Source: Monocercomonoides exilis PA203
Lineage: Eukaryota; Protista; Preaxostyla
Length of the DNA stretch: 64,000 bases
NCBI GenBank assembly: GCA_001643675.2
Contig: LSRY02000006.1
Location: 930,001-994,000 of the forward strand
Direction of reading: 5' to 3'
This document shows positions 38,209 through 49,099 of the stretch, one piece after another. The first letter of the stretch is position 1, and each line of letters opens with the position of its first letter. The notes beneath the pieces are model-generated. The model had not been told where the DNA came from. It searched no databases and was given only the letters and a program-made list of their open reading frames with translations. The position numbers and the translations under genes were made by a program.

Positions 38209-41200
38209 AATACTTAATTGGGAGAACATGAAGCATCAAAGGAATTGATCAGACTAATTGATGATCTTTGTTTTTCAACATTTTTCCCAATAACTCTTTA
38301 TTGGCTTGTGATCTGGTTCTTATTATATATTAAACGGATTTTTCTTGGATGACTTCTTGTGCGATCTTTCTTTCACTCAGGTTTTTTTCATTAGGTTCTT
38401 CGATTTTGTTGTTATATGGTTCCTCAATTCGACTTGGATTTTGACAATCTGATGTTGAATTCCAAACAGCTTTTCTCGGATTACTGTGAAATCTGGTGTT
38501 TTTCCTTTTTGTGTTCACTATTCGTGCACGCTTTGTCATTTGTGAAGATCCAGAATCTCAACTTCTGTCCACTTCCTCCTGTTCGTTGTCAACTGTGGTT
38601 GAATCAACATCGTCGTTTCTGCTTGCATAATTTTTTTCTGAGGTTCTAGTTTTTAATAAATGTGGATCCGCAGAGCCCTTTTGCATTCCACTTTGAACAT
38701 TGCTTTTGGAAGATTGAACTGCTATAGCTCTTGTGCAAGAGGAAGAAACATCTGATTAAAAATAGCAGTTCGTTATCGTATCGCTTCGCGGAGACAGCCT
38801 TGTGAACTTGGCAACTTGTGCTATGTGCATTTTAGACATCGTTAAGGCTGATATTGAAGCGTGCAAAAGTGATTAAGGTCCGAAACATTCTGGAATCCTG
38901 ATTTATGAATGATTTCAGATTCAAGTTTTCTCAGGGATCTTGAAAACAGAGGCTTTTTTGTAATTTCGTTAAGAAACAAGTGGTCAGAATTTGTTCGTAT
39001 TTTTTTCCGCTCTTGACCACAATTCCTTCACAGCTGATGCAGGGCAAATCAATGGTGTTTCTTGGAGGAATGGGATGATGATATCCTTTCTTTCCGCTCC
39101 GGTCTTCAATGAGGTGTCAATGGCAACTGAGTCTTCTTTTATTGTGGAATGTGTAAGGCTTATTCTTTCGAGTTTGATAAAGCGGCACGCAGAAAATAAG
39201 ATGAATAGGCAGATTGTTTTTTTCATGAGTGTGTCATTATCCAGGTCTTTGTTCTTACCTAAGGTTGCTGTATTATCCAAAAGAACTCTTGGATTCCAGA
39301 TCGGAGGCTTGTTTTTCTTTTTTCTTCTTTCAAGTCTTTGGAAAGATCGGAATAGAATCTTCATTAGTGGATAATCTGCAAACTGCTTTTTGAATGACAG
39401 TTGAGGCAATAGGGAAATTGCGGAATATGTTTTGCATAACGAAGACCATTTTTGTCCCTTGTCGTGAAGTCTTTGAAAGATATCTGCACATATTATAACC
39501 CAGTCAAACAAATCACTTGGAGGCGGACCTTTGCTGCAAACAGCCCACTCTTCTCCAAAACGTGCGAAACTCGGTAAACATCCTTTTCATGTTGATGGCG
39601 AGAAGCTGGATTCGCACAGATTAACCATATCAATGGGATATCCTTTCGTCTGAAGGATGGCTTTGAACAAAACTTCTCCGTTTGATGCTAAGGATTTATC
39701 AAGATTGCACGCAGTTTCCCTGGTGGAAGACAAGCATCCATCTTCTTCATCAGTGGTCCTGGTATTAGAAGATCGCTCAGGTTCTTCGATGTCCATTCGA
39801 CATGATTCGTTTCTCTCAACAGCGGTTCCCATATTTGGCCCTTCCAATCGGGAAGAAGGAGAAGAACTCGAGCTTGTTCGAGAATCGTTTTCCTGATTGT
39901 CGGGAGAATGAGTGGAATGGGTGGGTGAGCGAGAACGGTTTCTCCATACCAAGGCTGTTGAATACCTTCCTATTTTATAAGGCTTGTGGGACAGCACAAT
40001 CGATAAGTTTACCTGTTCCACGCTGTGGCAAACGCATCCAGTGTTATTTTCACTTTCATTTTCATTATAAGTCCTCGAAAGGTTTCTTGTCTTATTTTGA
40101 TAATCTCCTCCCCTTTTTAATCTTAAAAGGGAACTGTCACTAACGTTTTGCCTGCCCTGAATGTTTTGAGTCTTCACTTGAATTTTCATCACTTTTGGAA
40201 GTCTCCACATCTTCGAAAACAGCCTTCGAAGGTTTGTCACCGCGTGCCATTTATTTTTATTGGAAACCGATATTGAGATGTCCGATCTTAACAGAAGTGT
40301 GTAGATGTGGTTGGATGAAAGTATTGGAGTGAAATAGATTAACGATTGAAGAATCTCCCGCATTTCTCGATAATTGGAGCTTTTGTTTCGTTGCGAACGT
40401 GAGAGCGCACAATGGAAATCGAATTCTTTGTTTCTTGTTCTTAAATAAGCTCCAGCTGTTTTTCTGGATGTGTTTGTTGTGAGGATTGCTTCTAGAATGA
40501 ACAGAGGATAAAGCTATCGGGTAGTGTAGGCCTTCAATTTAGATATCCATTTTGTTAGACTTGGAAGGATAGAATGGTTGATCTTAATCCTCCCATTCCA
40601 TCCTGTTCTCGAGACCAAATTGTTCAGAGTTCGATACAGAGTTGAAAGTAAAAGAGAAGCTTCCTGAAACACTAACCTTGTGGCGTTCAATTTTCCAATG
40701 AAGGCTGCCAGGTCTCACACTTTGACTTCTTGCGATTTGAGAGAAGTCCTCCTCCATCTGATTCATTCCTTTGTCAGTTCTTTCGATCTTCTCACTTTCA
40801 GAGCAATATTGAAATGGTGCGTGTCTCAATCGAAACCCGAATAGGTGAAGCTTTGCGGGCATAAGTGAAACAAAATACCTTCTTCAATTTTACGATTTTT
40901 TTCATTTCAACAAAATGATAATAATTAACATTAAATAATAACACTTTTGAGTGGAGCAGCCTTTTGATTCTTTTACAAAAATATCATCGAAAATTTTTTG
41001 TGATCAATCCCATAAAAAATTTTCAAATTTATTAATTAAGTTTTCAACGCGAATGCTTATGAATTGAAGATCTATCAATACATCTTGCAAAATGGTTTAT
41101 AAAGGTAAATAAATTGAGAGTGGGTTTTGACATTTTTTATCTCTTTTTGAATATTTTCTTTTTTATTAATATTTGTTGAATAAACACCTCTTCTTCTTGC

Positions 41201-42099
41201 TTATGAATAGATTATTAATTTATATTAATTTCAAACATTTGTTTTGAAGGAAAATTTGGGGAATATTTTGGATGTTCAGGTTTTTTGATGAAATACACAG
41301 TTGATGTTTCATTACACTGTATTCAAAGTGCGGAAGAATTTCAGTCAAAAAATGTAATAAATATTTAGATTTTTGAATAAGCATTGGTTCAGACAACGTT
41401 TGAATTAATGTATGTAACTTTTGACACGTGTTATATTGTTTGATTATTTATTAAAATTTTTAAAGGTGTTTGTGAGCAAAATATGAGCAATCAAAGAATG
41501 AATTTTTAAACTTATTTATTTCATTTTGATGAAAACAACTTTTTATAATTTTTCAACAGAAAGTTTGCCTAATCTTATCATTGCCTTATAAATCAATGGG
41601 ATGTATTTTTTTTTTGATTTTTGATTAGAAATGGATGTATTTTTCATATTCGTTCTTTCTCAAACCCAAATGTTCAATATCAATGATGTATTATTCATTG
41701 GCAGCTTATGAAGTTTTATCAAAACCGTGGTTGCATCTGAAACAGATATCACAATCAATTTCAATTTTGTTCACATGGAATTCTAAGTTGAAATAAAAAA
41801 GTGAAAAAATGTATTTCGTATTAAATACTTGTTTTAAAAAAACATTATAAAATAAAATTTTATAAAGAAACCTTTTTCGCTACAGCAAAATTTGAAATTA
41901 AGAATTATCCTTAAAAGAAGTGTTCGTTTTCTTTCTCTGTTGTTTGTTGATAATATTTTTTAACTCAAATCTTTGTTTAATTGGAAATTCTATTTCAAAC
42001 AAAAAATTTTCAATTAACATTTGTCATGTTGCAAATGAAGTGCAAAATTCTCTGACGAACTATGCAAATCAGGAATAACGCCTATCCTCTTCTTTTTCA

Positions 42100-43296
42100 G
42101 TTCACAAAGAAGGAAAGTGGAAGATGATAAAGATGAAGAAGTGAAAGTCGGAGGGAAAAATGCAGCTGTTGAAGTGATAGGATTGAGAATAATGATGAAC
42201 CTTCACTTGTCTTCGTGTCCTGATTTTCAAGAAGTGATTCTTAGAAATAGCTGTTTTTGATCTCCTTTTTGAAAATAAAATGAAAGTGGATAAACGAATA
42301 AACAATTGACAACAGGAAAAGAAAAGGATTTAATGGATATGCGGGGTTGGCAATGAGGATCCTGAGTTGCTCCTTTGTTTTTGGTGAATTGGTTAAAGTT
42401 GACACATAAGTTTCAGCAAGGCTGGCTAAGAGCAGAGAACAAGGGAATGAAGATCCAGCAAAAAACGTTACTGAAAATGCAACAATAGATGTGGGAGATG
42501 CTATCATTACACGATCAGCATCGCACATCGAACCTACAACTTTTTCTTGCAAAAAATGGGTATTTCGCTGATTTCTCTGATCTCACAAGGATTGATTCTT
42601 GTGGATGTGAAATGTTTCTTTCACAAATGGGGAGAGAAACGAAAAGACTGCGTTTAATCAACATTCACTGAATGTGGACACTTTTATATTAACGTGATGA
42701 TAGTTTGCCATGATGATGAGCAGGAGAGAGTTTATTCTTTGAGATATCTTCAAATTATATTCTTTCGAAGTTTGTTGTCATCTTCATCTTTTTGTTGAGC
42801 AGTGCAGAAATAATTGGAGAAGATTTGTAGCGTGTTCGCAAGGCTGAGGGTAAAAGATGAGCAGAATGTGAGTGAAAAGAGAATGTGTGAAAGTTGAGTG
42901 AAATTCTCGATTCGAGGATCATTCCTATTGAAAACTCTGTGAAAGAAAGCTTGACTGAGGTTGTAGATATTGAAAAGAAGAGTTTATAAGCGATGCAACA
43001 GCATTTGAAGATATAATTGTAGCTGATCTTTGCAAATAATACTTTCATTGAAGAAGATAAAAAAGAGATAAAGGAAAAAAATAATGAAATTTCGTTTAAA
43101 GAAATTTGAAAAAGAGATGGAAAAGAGCACACAAATTTCTGCTTTATTGAATGAAGTTCTTGAAATTATATCTTTGTTTGCTTCCGTTGTTGAAGTGCAA
43201 CTCTCGAATGGAAACTGGGCGATGGCATTTCCACTGAAGAACAATTCGTTTCTTCGCAATTATATGTGGAATTTCCATCAAAGGAACAGAATGTGA
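42100..43296 (+). pseudogene. Decayed fragment resembling the beta-helix receptor family (cargo 1)
   Basis: Stop-riddled frames give DLMDMRGWQ..APLFLV and EEDKKEIKEKNNEISFKEI*KRDG...FLRNYMW, echoing ELCGWE..IPLVVYL and EENEERTRNE..EEICKWNG...ARRNILC in the 28-37 kb gene. Compared by eye only. Confidence 0.5.
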
Positions 43297-43303
43297 TAAA
43301 AAT

Positions 43304-43743
43304 TTACCCACTCATCCAAGAATAGGTTGAAAGATAATAAATGGCAGCACCTCCAAATGAAGAAGAAGCAGTCAGTTTGTTATTTATAAACTGGTAATCT
43401 TTTTCCAAAAACTGATTCGTCTTCACTTGAGGAGTCCAACTGAATGTTAGAGCACCAGCAGAATCGTTTCCTGAATTTGAAAAGCACTTGCCTTTGGCGA
43501 ATAAGAATTGACCGTTTGATGGAAAATCGCCAATCCAGAAATACCAACGGTTCCATACCAATCTGTTATTGAACAATTTTCGACTTTGTTCTCTGAGAAT
43601 GAATAAACAGAATTTGTTTGCCAATGCCCAACATAAGAAGCTCCTCCATGCTTTGCTTGACAAGTTGTGAAATAAGATTTTGTGATGTCTATGTTAAGCT
43701 GGTAATCGCAACATATAGCTCCACCATGATCATTGGTGAACAA
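43304..43743 (-). pseudogene. Frameshifted GGA-repeat beta-helix fragment (cargo 2)
   Basis: DHGGAICC..FTTCQAKHGGASYV..VENCS and SNSGNDSAGALTF..FINNK..FGGAAIYY resemble the N-terminal GGA(I/V) repeats of the 28475 ORF. Confidence 0.6.
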
Positions 43744-45797
43744 TTGTTGAATGAATAAGAAGTCTCTACCAAAATCACATTTTTTAAACCAGAAAAATAG
43801 CGTTTAAATACAAAAATAAAGAGAAAATTTCAAACCTCAAGTGTGAAGCATTTAAGTGCTGCATTATCAAATCCAAAGATAAACTTTCAACACACGGGCA
43901 TTAAATTTTAAGCAAAAATATTGAAATATATAATTTTATTATGGGATTGATCACAATAATTTTTTAATGAAACATAAGTTGATATCACAAAAAACTGCTC
44001 CACCCAAAAGTGTTATTTTTTTATGTTATTTATTACCTCTTATTATCATGAATGAAATCGTGAAATTGAAGGAGGCGTTTTTTTACACTTATGCCGCTTT
44101 GCGATTGTATCATACGACTTTTTTCTTCGTTCACAAGCAAACCAAGGCTTTTGAGGAGAGAGACGACTTTCACAGTTATCCATTTGAGTTTTCTTTGATC
44201 TTGGTGAAGAAGGATAACATCGTCCAGATAAGCGATTGCTCTAACGTCCCATTTCTGACGAATGAATGTTATCACTTTTCTCATGATTTTTGTGAAGATT
44301 CTTGTAGAATCTTTGTATCCAAATGGCATTCCGTTGAAACAGTAGTAATTTTGTTGAATATGAAAGACAGAAAAGAGTTGAAATTGTCGTCCACTTTTCC
44401 AAGTGGTTGTCCTGACTTTGATTGATGGTTTTCGCATAATCTCCTCTTGCCTTAATTCGTTCTTTAAATAAGAAATCCTCCAGTTTGAAATAAAGAGACT
44501 TTGTTGCATCGTTTAGCTTTCTGCAATCGATAATTTGCCTCCATCCACCTTGTTTTTTCCTTATGACAAACACTGAGTTTAAGCGTTTCACTTTTCTTTT
44601 TGGTATCTTTTGTATAACATTCGTCTCGAGCTGATTCTGGATCAGCTTTTCCATCGCAATCGTTGCTTCCTGTGACTGTTGTGGACAATGAGCTTCATTC
44701 TTTGCCTTGATTAGTCTATCCCTGGTTTTTAGCTTTTCAAGATTGGAATAGCACCTCTTTTTTTCAGCCTTTCCCCTCCTATCCTTCTCCATACATTTCC
44801 AAAAAATGCCGTTCTTCCTCCAACTACTGAATGCAAACGACTTTATTGGTCCTCGCTCCGCTGGATCGCTGATGCGAAAAGCTTCTGTTGAACCTGCTTG
44901 CTGATCTTCTCCATGCATACGATCGGGGACCTGAACGAAAAAATTGTAAATGCTGATCTCTCTGACTGGTTCTGTCATTCACACAATATCTTTTTCCAAA
45001 GGCTTATGAATTAAAAGATATTTGTGCCCATCTTTTGGTTGTTGTCTCCATTTTTTTTCTGTATTCTTTAAGTAGATATTTTTGTCTTTTGGTTGGAAGT
45101 GTTGATGCTAAATTTTCTTTAATTTTCGTTGATTCGGAAAAACCGAATATCGCTTGATTTCGAGTGTTTCTGGCCTCCTTCATGGCTTGGGCAAGAAGAA
45201 AAGGTGCTTGAGCTATTGGTTCATGAGCTGCATCATCCTTTTGAGTCTTTGAATGGGCAAATAATAGTAATTTCATTACTGGATTTTAAAAACGTTACGC
45301 ATCTTTCGCCTGCCTGATCTAATGCATCTTTGAAAGTACTTGCAGTCCTCACAAAAGGCGGAGGTGCGCTAGAAAGAAAGGGTGATAAATCCTCTGTCTT
45401 AAAGGAGGAAATGAAATCGTTAATCACAATATCCGGAAAATGCAGATCATATAAAGATAATTCAGGTAGTATTCCAATTTTTTACGAAAAATGAATCTTC
45501 CATTGGTGAATAATCTTCTCGTTTTTCTTCGTCCGAATTTGAAGAAGATGAAGGTTGCAAGGGAGGGAAAGAAGAAGGTTGGGAAGAGGAAAAGGGAACT
45601 GAAAACGAAGGAATCCAGTTTGTTGCACCACCAGGAAACTTTGCTACTCTCGGTTCGGTCGCAAGTCCATCTCCCAGAGGATTATTCGAAATCATCTTTT
45701 TCCAAGATCAGTGATTATGACTTGCCCATAATTAACGATCTCTCAAAATAGAAGAGAAGGAAGTGAGAGAATGTTTTCTTTAAAATCAAAGAACATG

Positions 45798-47279
45798 TTA
45801 ATTGATTTGCTTTTATAACAATTTTCTCAATTTTCATCTTTTGTTTTTCATAATATTCATCACATTCGTAAAGAAGCTTTTCTTTCGTAATTTCTCTTCC
45901 GAAGAAGTCGAAACAATGAGAATGAGAAGGAATGAAGTATTGAGAAGACTGAGGAAGTTTCATTAGAACCGATCCAGATCCATTGCTGAGGACTCCGCTG
46001 TTAATGAAGGCTTTTTTGATCACCGATGTGGTGAATGCTGTGTGAAGGGCTTGTTGCAACGCAACTGCAACGGCTGTTCTTTTTAAAGATGAAAAGGTGG
46101 ATGATAGAGAGCTGTAATTGTTTGATAGCTCTGACTTCAACACTGCAAACGCACCTCTGTCCAGAAGCTGTAATATGTGTACCACATGTGGAACGATGGT
46201 GACGACATCTATTTCAGCTTCCTTGAACTTTCTCCATATTGTTGGATCAGCCAGCGATGAGTGTGAATCCAGGAGAAGAAGGCAACGATGAGTTTCTTTT
46301 AGAATTCGCTTTCATCTGTCAATGATAGCTGGCAGCAGGACTGTTAAGACGTATTTTTTGAATGCTGTTTTGTCCATCCAGCCGTTAGTGTTTGGTTAAA
46401 TGTCAAGCGACGGTGTTAACAGCGTTGTTAGTTCTTTCGGAAGAGTTGCGCTCGGCTGCAGCACGATAGACGGAAGTGAGAGACCATCAGCAGCGATTCC
46501 AGCAACGAGAGTAGCATTCGGCATCCTTTTGGCAGTCTTTTTGAACCCAGCTTGTTCATCTGCTGGATGAACAACAACACCACGTGAAGAAGTTGGAATT
46601 CGAAGCGAAGATTCATCGACGTTGAAGATTAATTTCGCGGGATATTTGTTTGCATCGTGTAATGCTTGTAATTGAGCTTGCCACGGCTTAAGGATTTTCT
46701 GACAAGATGCTGCAAGTCTGTTGATATCAACTTGCTTTGGCAGCGATGACTTCAATTCCGGATGGCGCTTTATGAAGGCGTAAACTGTCTTTGGAGTTTC
46801 TGTATTTTTCTTCTTTTTTTCATTTTCTTCTTTTTTTCATTTTCTTCTTCTTCACAATCGTTCATTATATTTTCCATCTAAATACAAATTAATATACAAT
46901 TCAAACATCAATTGCAAACCAGATCACGTGCTTTTCGTAATGTGAGGCTTGTCCCAGATCGGGATTCAATTGTAACTTCTTCCAAGAATTGCTTTTCTTT
47001 TTCTCCGCTAATAATTGGTGGGTGTTCAACTTTTGCAATCAACCTGTCGTTTTATATTGCTTTTTCAGCGTGCTCCAAAAATTTTTTGCTGATTCCACCG
47101 TATTTAACCCCGTTGACCAGCCTGACGACATTGTCATTCACAATGTGTGCAATCCTTTCCAATCTTGTCTCATATTTCCTGTAACGTAATGCAGACATTG
47201 CTTCCTTCAGCCGCTTCAACTCCGCTTCAGCTTTCTTCTTCACTTGTAATTTCATATATATATTATGGGTAATGATCAT
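45798..47279 (-). pseudogene. Decayed pogo/Fot1-like DD35D transposase (CENP-B-type HTH plus DDE_1) with a spliceosomal intron
   Basis: YAFIKRHPEL, IFNVDESSL, NGWMD, LLLLDSHSS and HILQLLDRGAF, with 35 residues between the 2nd and 3rd Asp. Three in-frame stops, one frameshift, intron 46919-46878. Confidence 0.85.
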
Positions 47280-49099
47280 AAATATATTTTTTTATTTATT
47301 TATTCTCAAAAAAATATTTTTAATTAATATATAAATCTTTGAATGAATTAGAAATATTTACAAACCTTTGTGCAGTCCAATTTCTCATGAAAGCTCAATG
47401 GAAGGACTTCACCTCATCCTCCACATTCACGAAATTTTCTATTTCTTTAAAAACACATGTTAATGAATACAGTCTCAATCGTATTTCATCACATCATGTT
47501 TTGCATAGATTTTTAAGTGACAAATCCGATTATAAATATGTTTGATATTGCTTTACACATTGAAAATAAAATAAAAATTACTTTATTGTTAACAAAGGTG
47601 AAAATTTTTGTAATCTTATTTTTTCGAACGATAATTTCAGTTTGATGATTTTGTACAAAAAATTTGTTTATGAACATAGAAAATTAATTGTTCCGATCAA
47701 ATACATCAATATCTTTCATTTTCATTAAACATTAACTTCTGAAAAAAAAAAACAAATCTTAAATTTAAATTTAAAAATATTTTTTGTGATAATTTAATAA
47801 GAAAAATATTTTTTATAACAATATTTATAACATTTTAACCGTTAATTGTTTCATTTCCATAATTTTCTCAACAATTTTCATTATAAAAGCTTTTTTATTT
47901 AAATTCTTTTCATCACTTATCCATGAATTCAAAATTATTCATAAATAAACATCTGTTTTTTAAAAATCTTTCAAATATAATTTTCATAAAATTTCCACAT
48001 TAATACTTTTATTTTTCTCATTATACCAAAAAAAAGATTATCTCTTTCTTCAGATCGAATAATCTCTTAAAAAATAACAATTATTAAATCTTTTAAAATT
48101 TTTCAAACAACACTATAATATATTAATTCAATAATTTTGAAATATATTCCATTTTCTTTAGAAAATAACACAAAAAACAAAATAAAAACCCCATTATTTA
48201 CCATCAGAATTGTGAAAATTTTAATTTCAAAAAGAAACCATTTTCCTACGAATTATATCAATATAACTTCACAAATCCTTTTATATTTCTGAAAAACATT
48301 TACTTTCAATTAAATTCTAGACATAATGATAACATAATTCAATTATTTGTTTGAAAATTTATATGTTAATGGTAATTTGTTATGAATTATTTAATAATCG
48401 TTCATATTAAATGATTCAATTATCTTTGAATTCAACGTGAAAAATAACTATAAGGAATGTTTTTTATGAAAGATGAAATTTTCAAAATAAAGTTCGTTTG
48501 GCTAATAAATTCATTTGACAAATTATTATTTGAAATTTGATATGATATTATGTATTAATTTTTGTTTTGGTTTTCAATAAAAAATTTGTTTTTAATTTGC
48601 AATTAATATTTATCAATTTTTATTTATAATCTCTATTTATAATTTTTTTTGATAATATTCATCTATTTTTTCATTAAATGTTATTTCCATTTGCTATTTT
48701 TTCCATTATTAGTTAAAGAATTAACTTTTGTTTAATTTCCAAATTAATTCAAAAATTTCATATTTTTATTTAATTCTTTTTCGCACTCACAAAAATTTGC
48801 TTCATTGTATTCAACAGTATTGTTTGGTTTTTCCTTCCATTTTTGTGAAGTTTTGTGAGCTTTTGCAGTTATATAAAACAAGAAATTTGAAATTTCATAA
48901 AATTTTTGAAATTGAACTAAAGGTACTTTTCAAAAAAAAAAAATTGAATACAAAAATCGTCAACTTTATCTTAAAGGTGTGATCATGTTTTGCCTTGATA
49001 TTTTTATGTGATGAACGTGAACAAAAGTTTCATGGAATTGTCAATGTTTCTTAAATTGATTTCAAATGAGCGGTAAATAAAAGTGCATTTGCACCTTTA

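Larger units (their letters stand above)
40858..44095. mobile_element. 3238-bp non-autonomous TIR element (Merlin-like termini) carrying host gene fragments
   Basis: TIR GGCATAAGTGAAACAAAATACCTTCTTCAATTTTACGATTT vs right end 35/41. Perfect TSD GCTTTGCG at 40850-40857 and 44096-44103. Removing it restores a continuous RT reading frame. Confidence 0.9.
37855..45797 (-). mobile_element. Full-length decayed DIRS1-type tyrosine-recombinase retrotransposon (gag, RT, RNase H, methyltransferase-like, YR), split by an insertion at 40858-44095
   Basis: gag ~45.7-45.0 kb; RT WRQIIDCRKLN, FNGMPFG, YLDDVILL (44.1-44.6 kb) resuming at 40857; RNase H SSNYREM, LLRSD; MT-like DAFA..AHPPIPLI..LPDW; YR SACRF..ICPASAV. 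5' ITR 45737-45797, ICR 38101-38208, 3' ITR from ~37863. Many stops and frameshifts. Confidence 0.88.

Noticed and set aside
38984-39511. Phage integrase or prophage
   Set aside because: The recombinase is linked to gag, RT and ITR/ICR in an intron-containing eukaryotic context, so it is a DIRS YR.
38300-45797. Two independent truncated retroelements
   Set aside because: The TSD and the restored RT frame show one element split by an insertion.
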